A stretch of DNA of 64,000 nt from contig OX597833.1 in the NCBI GenBank assembly GCA_951406725.2, positions 8,556,001 to 8,620,000 on the forward strand, written 5' to 3'. A program made the translations under genes and the position numbers. The notes beneath the pieces are model-generated. The model saw nothing but the letters and a program-made list of their open reading frames with translations, made no database searches and was not told the origin of the DNA. The stretch comes from Octopus vulgaris (Eukaryota). Below are positions 26,396 through 39,338 of the stretch, one piece after another; the first letter of the stretch is position 1, and each line of letters starts with the position of its first letter.

Positions 26396-26924
26396 AATTC
26401 CTCTTTCTTTTCTTGAGCGTCCAACAACAGGACTTGAACCACAGCCTCACATCTTTGCTTTTTCTTGTTTGGATTGACTCTTGACTCTATATATATATAT
26501 ATATGTAAATGTATATATATATGTAAATATATATATATATATATTACTCTTTTCTCTTTTACTTGTCTCAGTCATTTGACTGTGGCCATGCTGGAGCACC
26601 GCCTTTAATCGAGCAACTCGACCCCGGGACTTATTCTTTGTAAGCCCAGTACTTATTCTATCAGTCTCTTTGCCAAACCGCTAGGTGACGGGGACATAAA
26701 CACACCAGCATCGGTTGTCAAGCAATGCTAGGGGGAACAAACACACACATATATATACATATATACGACAGGCTTCTTTCAGTTTCCGTCTACCAAATCC
26801 ACTCAAGGCTTTGGTCGGCCCGAGGCTATAGTAGAAGACACTTGCCCAAGGTGCCATGCAGTGGGACTGAACCCAGAACCATGTGGTTGGTAAACAAGCT
26901 ACTTACCACACAGCCATATATATT

Positions 26925-27212
26925 GGAGGTGCAATGGCCTAGTGGTTAGGGCAGCGGACTCGCGGTCGCAGGATCGCGGTTTCGATTCCCAGACCGGGCG
27001 TTGTGTGTGTTTGAGCGAAAACACCTAAAAGCTCCACGAGGCTCCGGCAGGGGGTGGTGATCCCTGCTGTACTCTTTCACCACTCTTTCTTCTGTTGGCC
27101 TGCTCGCTTAGCCAGCGAGGTGGCGTCATTCGAAGGCTAAAACAATGCGAATGCATTGTGACCAGCGATGTGTAACAACATCTGATGGTCTGGTCGGTCA
27201 CGTGATCACGTG
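26925..27212 (+). mobile_element. SINE with a tRNA(Arg)-like head. Related decayed copies near 49858-50160 and 57520-57750
   Basis: tggcctagtggttagggcagcggactcgcggtcgcaggatcgcggtttcgattcc has A and B boxes, no paired acceptor stem, and a ~210-bp body. Confidence 0.7.
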
Positions 27213-27213
27213 A

Positions 27214-27254
<41 letters not shown>

Positions 27255-27810
27255 ATATCATTTTAACATCTACTTTTCAATGTGGGGTCAAATGGAATTT
27301 ACTGAGGCAGATCCCTTTCCTGCAATCAACCTGTTTCCAAGAAAGGTAATATTTCCCCATTGTAGAATATTGGAAATAAATGACACTGTTTATGTCAGGG
27401 TCATTCATTTACAACCATCAGGTGATGTCATGTCAGACACACACATTTCAAAGATCATCCACGTTGAATATTTGGGCCTGAAAGATTGCTTGCAAACATC
27501 AGCTGTAAAACAAGCTTGCCAGTTTATTGTAAATAGAAAATTGAATATACAGAGTGTATTGATTGGCTTTCAAACTTTGGCCCAGAGCCAGCAAGTTGTG
27601 GGGAGGACGAAGTCAATTACATCGAACCCAGTGTTCAGCTGGTACTTGTTTTATTGACCCCAAAAGAATGAAAGGCAATGCTAACCTTGGTGGAATTTGA
27701 ACTCAGAACATAAAGACAGGCAGAATGCCAATAAGCATCTTGCCCAGCATACTAATGCTTGTGCCAGTTCACCATATATATGTGTATGTATATATTTATA
27801 TATGTATATA

Positions 27811-27845
<35 letters not shown>

Positions 27846-27863
27846 GTGTGTGTGTATATATAC

Positions 27864-27905
<42 letters not shown>

Positions 27906-28229
27906 ATATATATATATATGTATATATATTTATAAATAAGGATAATATTGATATTTAAATATCGATATTATCAAGTGGCCAGCATGGGAATAAATACCAA
28001 CAAAGGTAATAATTTTTTTACAACTAAACCAAAGCTAGAAATCCAGGATCTTGAATTATTCAGTAATTATCTTTTTGCTCGTCTATTTTGTTCCTCCGTC
28101 TTATCTCATGGTGCAATATGAACATTTAACGTGGTTTTTAGAGTCAAGGATTTGACTGCTATTTCGGCATGGTGGTATCTCTCAGACACCCTTGTTTTTA
28201 GTTGTATGTGTATATATATGTATATGTAT

Positions 28230-31200
28230 ACACAAGACCACCACAGCAAATAGACCCAAGGTGGACACCACCGGCAACAACACATACATCACCTCGATGC
28301 TCCTACTGAACATCAGAGGACTGCTAACACTCAGTGACAGGACAAAAATCCCGTTCTTGAGAGACTTTGTTGCATGCAATCAAGCCTTATGCATAGCACT
28401 TACGGAAACACACCTGAAACCGGACATAGCAGATGCGGAATTACACATACCACAGTATGTTGTATTACGGACCGACAGAAAAGAAAGGAGTCATGGTGGA
28501 GTTGCTATGTACATCCGCGAGGACCTCACACCCCAGGTCCTTTTGTCATACTCAAACTCGGTGTGTAACACTAATTGTACATATAAGGCAACTTGGTGTA
28601 GTTGTGTGTGCTACATATCGCCCTCCAGATGTCCCAAGCCATGTAGGCAAGTTTGAAGACTGCCTTATAAAAATAGAAGTTCTAGTCACATTAGAACAAC
28701 ACATAAGTGTACTTCTTATGGGAGACTTCAATCTACCCAACGTCAGATGGCCCAAGGGCCTTTCTCTCCCAGGAATGACATGATGTGAACGAGAACAGGC
28801 GAGGTCCCTCCTGAACCTCATCAACACCCTGTACATGGAGCAAGTAATACTCCAACCAACCAGGGCAGGTAACATACTGGATCTCTGCTTCACAAATAAT
28901 ATGGATCTCATCCATAATGTGAAAGTGACACCAACACTACTCTCGGATCACAACATGGTAGAGCTGACCATGTACGGGCCAAAGGAAAGCATGGACATGC
29001 AGCCTACAAGAAACTCTCAGAATCTTTCCAGCTTGAACTTCCATAAGGCAAACTGGAAACAAATTGAGAAAGAGATCCTCAAACAAAACTGGCCTGAATG
29101 TCTCTCCTCGCCAGACATCTACATGAAACTTCAACAATTCATGTCTGTAATGCAAGCCATATGCTACAAATGTGTCCCAGAGAGAAAGGCCACTGTACAC
29201 AAGAACGAAATCCCCAGAGAGAGGAAAATTCTAATGAGACGGCGTACAAAAGTTTCAAATCGCCTAAACAAATTGAAAGCAGTGAAAAGTCCTGCCTGAA
29301 AATAAAACTGTTGGAAATTGAAAAATGTCTGCAACTCTCCCATGAAAAGGAAAGAGCAGACAAAGAAGCCTGGGCTATAGACAACATAAAATCTAACCCC
29401 AGAGCTTTCTACAGGTATGCCAAAGAAACAGCTACGGTGCACTGTAGGATAGGGCCACTCCTTGAAAAGGATGGCACACACACAGGAAATCCAATGAGGG
29501 TAAGTGAAATACTAAATGAGCAATTCAAGAGTGTTTTCACTCCACCCCTTGGGCATTTCCAAATCAGCAATCCAACTGACTTCTTTACCACTGCAGATAT
29601 AAAATCAGAGGCAGCGATGATTGATTACATCAATATAAAGGAAGACGATGTAATAAAGGCTATAGATGAAATGAAAACAAACTCAGCTACTGGCCCCGAT
29701 GGATTCCCGGCAATCCTTCTAAAAGTATGTAAGAGAGTCCTAGCAAGACCACTGCAGTCTCTCTTTCAGAGCTTCCTTGCAGCTGGCAAACTTCCAAGAA
29801 AACTGAAGGAAGGTAAAATATGCCCTATTCATAAAGGAGGTAGCAGAGCGGAGGCCAAGAACTACAGACCTATCTCTCTGACCTCACACATCAGCAAGGT
29901 CATGGAACGAATAGAAGGAAACTAATCACCTTCCTTGAAGAAAATGACTTGCTGCCTGACACCCAACATGGTTTCCGACCAGGAAGAAGCTGCTTAACTC
30001 AGCTCCTACAACACTATGACTGGGTGCTGAAACGACTGCTCAACCACTCAAATGTGGAAGTGATATATCTCGACTTTGCAAAGGCCTTTGATAAAGTCGA
30101 TCATGGAATGATATGTCACAAACTGCGTGATCTTGGCATAGTTGGAAAATTGGGAGAATGGCTTCATGACTTTCTGAAGGATAGAAGTCAGGTGGTAGTA
30201 GCTAATGGGGCCACTTCCATTAACATGCAAACAGTGAGCGGTGTTCCACAGGGCACTGTTTTGGGACCACTACTGTTCATAATGGCCCTCTCAGACATGC
30301 CCTCAGCCATGCAGAGAGCCACAATCACAAGTTATGCAGATGATACAAAAGTTTCACAGGCAATACAGAACCCTGAGGACACTAAACGCCTGCAATGTGA
30401 GCTGGACGAAATATACAAGTGGGCTGAAAAGAATAGCATGCAGTTCAATGCTGAAAAGTTTCAAGCTTTACGCTATCAGCATGCAAAACTAAATGCAATA
30501 CTCAATGAATACACAGGACCTGGAGGGATTGCAATCCCAGAGGCACAATCAGTGCGTGACCTGGGTATTTACATGAGTGATGACGCAACCTTTCATATAC
30601 ATGTTGCTAAATTGGCAATGAAATGTAGACGGCTGGCCGGATGGATTCTTAGAACAAGAGACCAAGAAACCATGATGGTCCTCTGGAGGACATTTGTCCT
30701 AAGCCACTTTGACTATTGCTCTCAGCTATGGTCACCATCCAGTGTCAAGTTAATCACAGAACTTGAGGCGATCCAACGAAGCTACACGAAGAAGATAGCC
30801 TCTGCGCAGCATTTAAGTTACTGGGAAAGACTCAAACTCTATTCCTTGGAGCGTAGGCGAGAAAGATATGCCATAATATACATCTTGAAGATCCTGGAAG
30901 GACTTGTCCCAAACTTTGGCATCGATAGTTACACAAATGCCAGAACTGGGCGCCACTACGTGGTGCCAAGGACTCCAAATTTGCCATCAAGATGTAGGAC
31001 AAGATACTGTGATAGCCTGGGCTTCAGAGGCCCACAGCTCTTCAATATCCTCCCGAAGAACCTGAGGGACCTGCATGGGGTGGATGTGGATGTCTTTAAA
31101 GTAGGACTGGATCTCTTCCTGTCAGGTGTCCCGGATGAACCAACTTCACGGCAGGAGGTGCAGATGAGGGCAGCTGCATCGAACTCTCTCATACAGCAAA

Positions 31201-31318
31201 TGACAGTTGCTAAAAAGCATTCGTGAAGTAAAATTATGTAGCAACACCAAATGGTGGTGCCCCAGCATGGCCACAGCTCGTGAGTTGAAACTAGATAAAA
31301 TATATAAATAAATAATAC
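28230..31318 (+). mobile_element. CR1/L2-group LINE, near-complete ORF2 (APE endonuclease plus RT), inactivated by frameshifts and a stop
   Basis: LNIRGL, TETHL, GGVAMY, YRPP, MGDFN, LDL..TN, SDHN endonuclease motifs. NYRPISL, QHGFR, YLDFAKAFDKV, GVPQGTVLGPLLF, YADD RT motifs. Split over ORFs 28192, 28433, 28835, 29098 and 29949. Confidence 0.93.
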
Positions 31319-31320
31319 AT

Positions 31321-31492
31321 AGGCGCAGGAGTGGCTGTGTGGTAAGTAGCTTGCTAACCAACCACATGGTTCCGGGTTCAGTCCCACTGCATGGCATCTT
31401 GGGCAAGTGTCTTCTGCTATAGCCCCGGGCCGACCAATGCCTTGTGAGTGGATTTGGTAGACGGAAACTGAAAGAAGCCTGTCGTATATATG

Positions 31493-31541
<49 letters not shown>

Positions 31542-31752
31542 TTGTGTGTCTGTGTTTGTCCCCCTAACATTGCTTGACAACCGATGCTGGCTGGTATATT
31601 TACGTCCCCGTCACTTAGCGGTTCAGCAAAAGAGACCGATAGAATAAGTACTGGGCTTACAAAGAATAAGTCCCGGGGTCGATTTGCTCGACTAAAGGCG
31701 GTGCTCCAGCATGGCCGCAGTCAAATGACTGAAACAAGTAAAAGAGTAAAGA
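31321..31752 (+). mobile_element. tRNA-headed SINE with internal (TA)n and a LINE-like 3' tail. Other copies at 26545-26915 (-), 55341-55693 (+), 60012-60880 (+); partial at 2300-2470, 12258-12420, 61393-61548
   Basis: tggctgtgtggtaag (A box), ggttcagtccc (B box), conserved body, tail ggcggtgctccagcatggccgcagtc...gaaacaagtaaaagagtaaa. Confidence 0.88.
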
Positions 31753-31794
31753 GTATATATATACACAAACATATATGTATTTATATATTTATGT

Positions 31795-31825
<31 letters not shown>

Positions 31826-31830
31826 TATAT

Positions 31831-31884
<54 letters not shown>

Positions 31885-32009
31885 ATATGTATATATGTGT
31901 ATATGTATATATGTGTATATGTATATATATGTGTATATGTGTATATGTATATATGTGTATATGTATATGTGTATATGTATATATGTGTATATGTATATAT
32001 GTGTATATG

Positions 32010-32054
<45 letters not shown>

Positions 32055-32095
32055 GTGTGTATATGTATATGTGTGTATATGTATATGTGTATATG

Positions 32096-32126
<31 letters not shown>

Positions 32127-32148
32127 GTATATGTATGTGTATATATAT

Positions 32149-32179
<31 letters not shown>

Positions 32180-32196
32180 TATATGTATATGTATAT

Positions 32197-32228
<32 letters not shown>

Positions 32229-32329
32229 GTGTATATGTATATATATATATAGCATGGAAAGCGGACGTTAAATGATGATGATATATATATATATGTATAT
32301 GTATATATATATATGTATATATGTATATG

Positions 32330-32378
<49 letters not shown>

Positions 32379-32385
32379 ATATGTA

Positions 32386-32436
<51 letters not shown>

Positions 32437-32525
32437 GTGTATATGTATATATGTGTATATGTATATATGTGTATATGTATATATGTGTATATGTGTATAT
32501 GTATATATGTGTATATGTATATATG

Positions 32526-32562
<37 letters not shown>

Positions 32563-32691
32563 GTATATGTGTATATGTGTATATGTATATGTGTATATGT
32601 ATATGTGTATATGTGTATATGTATATGTGTATATATATGTGTATATATATATATATGTATATGTATATATGTATATGTATATATGTATATG

Positions 32692-32722
<31 letters not shown>

Positions 32723-32727
32723 GTATG

Positions 32728-32758
<31 letters not shown>

Positions 32759-32986
32759 GTGTATATGTATATATATATATAGCATGGAAAGCGGACGTTA
32801 AATGATGATATATATATATATATGTATATGTTTATGTATATATATATATATATATATATGTATATGTATATATGTATGTATGTATATGTATGTATGTATA
32901 TATGTATATATATATGTATGTATATATGTATATATATGTATATATATATATATGTATGTATATATATATGTATATGTGTGTGTATA

Positions 32987-33033
<47 letters not shown>
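31753..33033. repeat. ~1.3-kb complex (TA/TG)n microsatellite containing two RTE-tail 30-mers
   Basis: agcatggaaagcggacgttaaatgatgat at 32251 and 32781. Confidence 0.95.
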
Positions 33034-33034
<1 letters not shown>

Positions 33035-33357
33035 AAATGGGCTTCATTTAGTGTCTATTTACCAAATGCACTTTGGTCAGCCTGGGAATATAGTTAGGGG
33101 CACTTGTCCAAAGTGCCAAACTGGAGGACTGAACCTGTAGTAATGTGGGGTCACACATATTTTATCTGTATATATATATTTGGCCATGTCATCACCATCG
33201 TCCTCATTTAACATCCATTGTCCATGTGGGTTGGTCAGTTTGACCAGGGCTGGTGGGTGGTAGTGGCTGCACCAGACTCCACTCTAATTTGGCAGGGTTT
33301 CTATGGCCGGATGCCCTTCCTAATGCCAGCACAAGCCTCAGTAAAAAAATAATTTAT

Positions 33358-33518
33358 AGGGGCAGATGAGGGCAGCTGCATCGAACTCTCTCATGCACCA
33401 AATAGCAGTTGCTAGAAAGCCCCCATGAAGTGAAACCAAGTAGCAACACCAAATGGCGGTGCCCCAGCATGGCCACAGCTCATAAGCTGAAACTAGAATC
33501 AATCAATCAATCAATCAA
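33358..33518 (+). mobile_element. 3'-terminal fragment of the same LINE family with an (AATC)n tail
   Basis: gcagatgagggcagctgcatcgaactctctc...ccccagcatggccacagctc...gaaactaga matches 31160-31294. Confidence 0.9.
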
Positions 33519-34039
33519 AACTGCATAAAAATGTAATTTTGAATAAATCAGAATAGATTTATGGACAAGAAACTACAGTTCTTGAGAGTTGTACCAGTTG
33601 AGCAACAAAGAAAATTTTCCATCAGTTGACATATTTCACACCTTGTTTTCAGAAATCTATAAATTTTATGGATGCTTTCCATGCTGGCATGGGTTGGATG
33701 AGTAACTGCTCCCAATCAGCTGATGCTATTTGGCTTGGATACCCTTCTTATTACCATCCATTTTTACAGAGTCTACTGGTTTTGTTTTCTTGAGGCACCA
33801 ACACTGGATGTGTTGAATAAAGGGACCTCATAATATTCACTGATAAAAGTTATAGTCATAAATAGGTATTTGTTGGTCCTTATGCTTCAAGAAATATTGC
33901 TCTGTGTATTTACGGGACCTGATGTCACTGACAATTGCTAGATTCTTATTGAATCTGTTGGCACACCACACACTCCCATACATTACTCTCTCTCTCTCTC
34001 TCTCTCTCTCGAAATATTTTAGACAAAAAGACAACTTAC

Positions 34040-34069
34040 TGGAATCGTCTCCGCCAAGAGTTGTTGCCT
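34040..34069 (-). CDS. 30-nt microexon (EATTLGGDDS)
   Basis: cttgtcttattgcag|...|gtaagt, phase 1-1, composition matches the neighbouring exon. Confidence 0.75.
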
Positions 34070-35691
34070 CTGCAATAAGACAAGTTTGCGTTTATTTTTA
34101 TATCATTACAAATCTCTAAGAATACGTTAACATACAAACACTGACAGACATACGCAGATACTACACACACACACACACACAGACTGCTACATAGAGAGGA
34201 AGAGGGAACATCTGACCACAGACCCCAAGCTAATAGCTACACCCACAGATTGTTTCAGTCAGCCCAAACTGTGTTGGGTTGACACTCTTCACTTCTGCAG
34301 TGATTAGCATCTAATTGATAGTGAAGCAGTTGCAACATTTACAACCCCACCCACCCACCCATGCAATAGTTGATCAAATGACCTTCCCTCGTTAAGAGAT
34401 AAATCAAGACCAGCTGCAGCACTTCCCAATAGAAAATCTCTTCTGGTTCAAACGAAACCTGAAGAAATGCTATAAAGGCAGGAATCTTCCTGTCACCACC
34501 ACCAACTACTACATACATACCATATTAGCCAAGATTTTAAAAGGGCTGGAAGTAGATCCTTAGTGGACACTTGTTTGTACCCTAAATCTGTTGCCAGCCC
34601 CCCTCCCCACCCTTGCCCCCATGACCCATTTCTCTTCAATTTAATCCCTACCAATCCAACTACAGTCAAATACTTTGTCCAGACCTGAGAAGCTTCTCTT
34701 GCAGCCGTTTCTTTAGAACTATGGTCCTGTTTTCACCCTCCCATCCACAGAACCATGCTGTAGCTCCACCAGTCATTGACATTATACTCAATGGATTTCT
34801 TTTGAGGATTCAGTTGTTCAGTTGGCCGAATTCTTCTGGTAATTCCAAAGACACCCTTTACCTTTGAAATCCATCTAAAACAGCTTCCATCTTACTAATT
34901 TCACTCCTAAAATATGGTTTGACTGAACACAATAGTAAAAATAAAGCTTGGCCCAAGATATCACTGAGAGGGATTGAACATGTGACCTTGTGATTGTGAA
35001 GCAAGCAACCATTTGACATGCTATATATATATATATATATATATATATAGCCATTCTTTGCCACAATCCCTACTTACTACCAATCTAATACAATTAGTCT
35101 GATCACCACATCTGCTGCTTGACTAACCATCATCAATCCTACCGCTTTGCTGATTCCATTCAACCAATTTCATTTCTCAACCTCAGCGTCTCTCCCAGAC
35201 ATTATTCTACGACCACACTTGTTTCTATTTGAAACATTTCCTATTTCTTACATGAAACCTCCCATTCTGATCCTCTGGACTAGAAATGCTGGATTCTCTT
35301 GCTCTCCACTGTCTTCCTCATCTGACAACCTGAAGCATCATACTCTCGATCCCCACCAACTGGGATTCTCTGATTTGCAGCAGAAACACTTGTCCTCATC
35401 AGTCATCCTATGGTCTTTCAACACAGCTTCTCACAACTCTTCCCACCCCAACCTAAACTTACAGAGACAGATTAATAATTACAGATTCAACTGACATGCC
35501 AGTATGAAGTCTATTGCATCTCAATTTCAACAGCTCTAATCTCTCTCTCTCTCTCCATCTCTTCTGCCAAACTCCACTGACAAGTAAAATAGCTCTCATC
35601 CATTATTAAGCCGACTATTTGATTTCTATCTGTGGCACCAATCTGACACACGACACTCCTTCAGTCAACCCAAAGACTTCCGAGTACTTAC

Positions 35692-35916
35692 CAACACCAC
35701 CAGCATGGTCTGCAGGCATATCTGAATCTGGAGAACCCGGTTCATCGCCACCGCCGCCACCATCATCACCACCACCACCACCACCACCACCACCACCGCC
35801 ACCACCACCATTACCACCTCCAGGAGCAGCACCAGTAGTGTCGACGGCACCACCACCACCACCACCACCTTCACCACCACCTTCACCTCCACCTCCACCA
35901 CCAGCATCAGCAGTTT
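35692..35916 (-). CDS. 225-nt Gly-rich exon (ETADAGGGGGGEGGGEGGGGGGGAVDTTGAAPGGGNG...DDGGGGGDEPGSPDSDMPADHAGGV)
   Basis: Long T-rich tract plus ctag acceptor, TTG|GTAAGT donor, phase 1-1, open frame with mixed Gly codons. Confidence 0.8.
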
Positions 35917-36379
35917 CTAGGTTGCAAAAAATAAAAGTATAAAAATAAATATGAAACAGGTTGCTATTTAAGCATTTATCATTTATATATATATATATAT
36001 ATATGTATATGTATACATATATATATATATGTGTGTATATATATATACACACACATACATGTTGAGTTTAAAAAAAAAAGACTTATGGCAATGTGAGTGA
36101 AGAGTAAAACAACAAAACATGATGCTGTCAGTATTCTGATATTTCAAGATAAAAATTCCCTTCTTCTGGTTGTGTCCGTTCATGGCCAACTTGATCTGTC
36201 TTCTTCTGATAGAAAATTCCTTCTCCTCTCATTTGATAAGCTTAGCAGTTTTCAAATTAAGGAGGGAGCAGTGTCACTTGCAGGTGAAATGGTCAGACAG
36301 TGTGTGTGTGCAGGTGGAGAAGTGGGAAAGGCAGTGTAGCATAGAGAAGCAGTGAGGGGGTATATGTAATATATAAATA

Positions 36380-39226
36380 TATACGTGGGGGTCTCAGGGA
36401 GTAGCATCCTTGCCTTCGTGAGCTTCTAGTTTTCCACCACATTTCTTAAAAATCGTGGTAGAAGCCTTGGTCTCGGGACCACTCTTGTCTAGAAACTGAG
36501 GTTGGGAGTAAGCAAGGGGCATGCTCCCCATAGAAAATGCAGCTACAAAAAAGCCTCATGATAGCAAAAGAGGATGGGTACCAGCCAGCCAGCCCAAAGG
36601 CTGGGGTGAGGCTGCAAACCTACATTCTGGGTTGCCTTATGATGGCCAACGGCCTGAGGAGAAGCCTGGGGTGAGGTTGGGAAGTTGGAATGTGGACAGT
36701 TTGCGTGGAAGGGGAATTGAGGAAGAGGAGGGTGGATGTGTGCAGAAAGTTAGGTGGAAAAGCCAGGGTGCAAGATTTATGGGGGTCAAGGGAAGAAGGT
36801 ACGAGTTGTGGTAGTCAGGAAATTGCAAGGGGACAGGAGGTGTGGGACTTTTGGTGAAGGAAGAAGTCTGTGAGAAGGAGGTGGAGGTCAGGAGGAAGAG
36901 TGACAGAGGGATGACAGTAGTGGTGAGGGTGATTTGTGGGTCCGCAAAGTGGAAGAGGGATCACTGATAAGGAGTGGTTCTTTGATGAAATGGTGAATGA
37001 GTGGGACTTAGGTAAGGGAGATGAATTGGTTTTGGGCATGGGTGACTTTAATGGAGATGTTGGGAGATCCAGGGCTTTGAGGGTATGCATGGAGGAAACA
37101 GAATAGGGGAGAGAAATGTAGAGGGAAGGATGTTGTTAGTGTTTTGTGATGAGAAAGAGTTGTGAGTGGTTTAGGAAAACAGAGAAAAGGCAGGTGACTT
37201 TCAGTGCAGGAGGGAATGAGACAGAGATTGATTTCGTGTTGGTTGGCAGGAAAAACAGAAAATATCTGAGAGATGTGAAGACAAAACCAGGTGAGTTGCA
37301 GCACAGGTTGGTGGTTGCTGACTTGGATAAGAGGGAAGTTAAAAAGTGTGTGAGAAAGGGAACGGTTGAGGGGAGAAAGGTGTGGAAACTGGAGGAAGAA
37401 GAAACAAGAGCAAGGCTTGAGGAGAGAGTTGAGGAGTTGGTAAGCATTGATGCACCGGATTCGTGGAAGTCTTTTAAAGAAGGGGTGCTAAAGGCATGGG
37501 ACGAAGTGTGTGGAAGGGTGAAGGGTAGGAGAGATCGAGGTGATACGTGGTGTTGAAACAAGGATGCGATAGCAAGGAAGGAGGCACACAAAGCTTTATG
37601 TAATAAAAGGAGGGAGCAAGTGAAAGCCAGGTATAAGATGGAGAATCGTGCAAAGAGGGTGGTTGCGAGATCTATGAGGAAGGAGGCTGAGTGGGGTGGA
37701 TGAGAACCCAGAAAGGGTGTTTAGGTTTATTAAATCAATGAAAATGAGGTACTGAGTGTGGTGGTACTGATCTTCAAGGGAAAGGAGGATGCAGAGTTGT
37801 GGGGTGTATGGGGGAGTGAAGTTATTGGAGCAGGCAATGAAGATAGTGGAAAGGGTGTTGGAGAGGAGAATTTGGAAAGGGGTGGATGTGGACGAGATGC
37901 AATTTGGTTTTATGCCAGGAAGGGGGACAATAGATGCAGGGTTACTGAGATAAGGGAAGGAGTTGTACATGTGCTTCGTTGTTGATCTGGAGAAGGCATT
38001 TGATAGGTTCCAAGAAGGGGACTGAGTGGGCATTGAAGAAGAGAAGTGTAATGGAGGTAATAGTGGGGGCAGTGATGAGTTTGTATGAAGGGGTAAAGAC
38101 AAGAGTGAGAATTGGAATAGAGTTGTCGGAGGAGTTTACAGTGAAAGTTGGTGTGCATCAGGGATCTGTGTTGTCACCATTGTTGTTTGCAACAGTGGTT
38201 GATGAGGTGATGGAGAGCGCAAGAGAGGGATTGATGATGGAGATACTGTATGCAGAAGACCTTGTTCTGGTGAGTGAGATGGAGGAATTGAGAGAGAAGT
38301 TTTAGGAGGCATTTGAAAGTAAGGGTTTGAAGATAAATCTTGGGAGGACAAAGGTGAAGGTAAGTGTAGCGGAAGAAGAGGTGTTAGAGTGAGTAAGGTG
38401 GACCCATGTAGTGTATGTGGGAGGAGGGTAATGGCAAATGCAGTGTTGTGTATGAGATGTGAGAAATGGATTCATGGTAGATGGTATGAAAATGAAGAAG
38501 GTGACCTTAAGACTGGCAACAGAGTTTGTTTGTGGAAGATGTGAGAAAAGAGCTGGCAAAGTCAGCTCTTTTCTCACACTATGTGATGAGGTGGAGATGG
38601 TGAGAGGGTTTTGTTATTTGGGAGACAGGGTGGATTAAGAGGTGGATGTGAAGCAGGTGTGATTGCAAGAGTGAGACTTGGTTGGGTGAAGTTCAGGGAA
38701 TGTGGAGCAATGTTATATGGGAAAAGGGGTCTCATTGAAGACAAACGGAAAGGTCTATAGGAGTTGTGTGAGAGCTGCAATGCTTTATGGGAGTGAGACA
38801 CGGTGTTTGAGGGAGAGAAAGATGACAATTTTGAGAAGAACCGAGAGAGCAATGGTAAGAAAAATATGTGACATGAGGCTGTTTGATAAGAAGAGGAAGG
38901 CTGAGGACTTGATGAGGATGCTGGGGCTGGAGGAATTGGTGGAATGGCTGGTAAGGGCGAATGGTATGCGGTGGTATGGGCATGTGTTGAGGAGGGATGA
39001 GGAGCATGTTCTGAAGAGGATGCTAGAGTTTGAGGTAAATGGACAGCGAAAGCGAGGTAAACTGAACAAAATGTGGAGGGGACAAATGGAGATTAGGAAG
39101 GCTGGCTTGAGAAGGGAGGATGCCCAAAACCAGGCAAGATGGTGTGAGGGCAGTTGCTATGGCATTGAGGTAGATCTGGCCACCCCCGTTAACGGGGACA
39201 AAACCCGGATTCAAAATGATGGCTGA
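36380..39226 (+). mobile_element. Decayed near full-length RTE-clade LINE (APE plus RT plus PHD-like finger)
   Basis: GSWNV, GDFNG, IDFVLV, QHRLVV, DLEKAFDR, GVHQGSVLSPLLF, LYAEDL, MLYGSET and RWYGHVLR motifs across several frames. Confidence 0.9.
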
Positions 39227-39338
39227 TATATATATACACACACACACATGCCATTTAAATTGTGCCTGAACACAAAATACACAAACTTTGTATATAAACA
39301 TATGTAAACAAACATGAGTGGTGATTCTTGGTACTTAC

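Noticed and set aside
26925-27000. Possible tRNA-Arg gene
   Set aside because: Acceptor stem does not pair, and the sequence continues into a SINE body with related decayed copies elsewhere.
29949-31226. 425-aa RT ORF as an intact or domesticated gene
   Set aside because: It is the distal part of a LINE ORF2 whose upstream part has frameshifts and a stop, and it starts at a non-ATG codon mid-domain.
31584-33097. Many long Y/I/M/C/V-rich ORFs on both strands
   Set aside because: Translations of (TA/TG)n microsatellite with no coding signal.
34861-35075. Other - strand AG...GT pairs (13 nt near 34862-34874, 7 nt near 35068-35074)
   Set aside because: Poor polypyrimidine tracts and frame-breaking lengths.
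35619-35942. + strand poly-proline ORF resembling a formin/WASP/extensin segment
   Set aside because: It is the antisense shadow of the Gly-rich exon. The splice signals (T-rich tract plus AG, GTAAGT) bracket the - strand reading.
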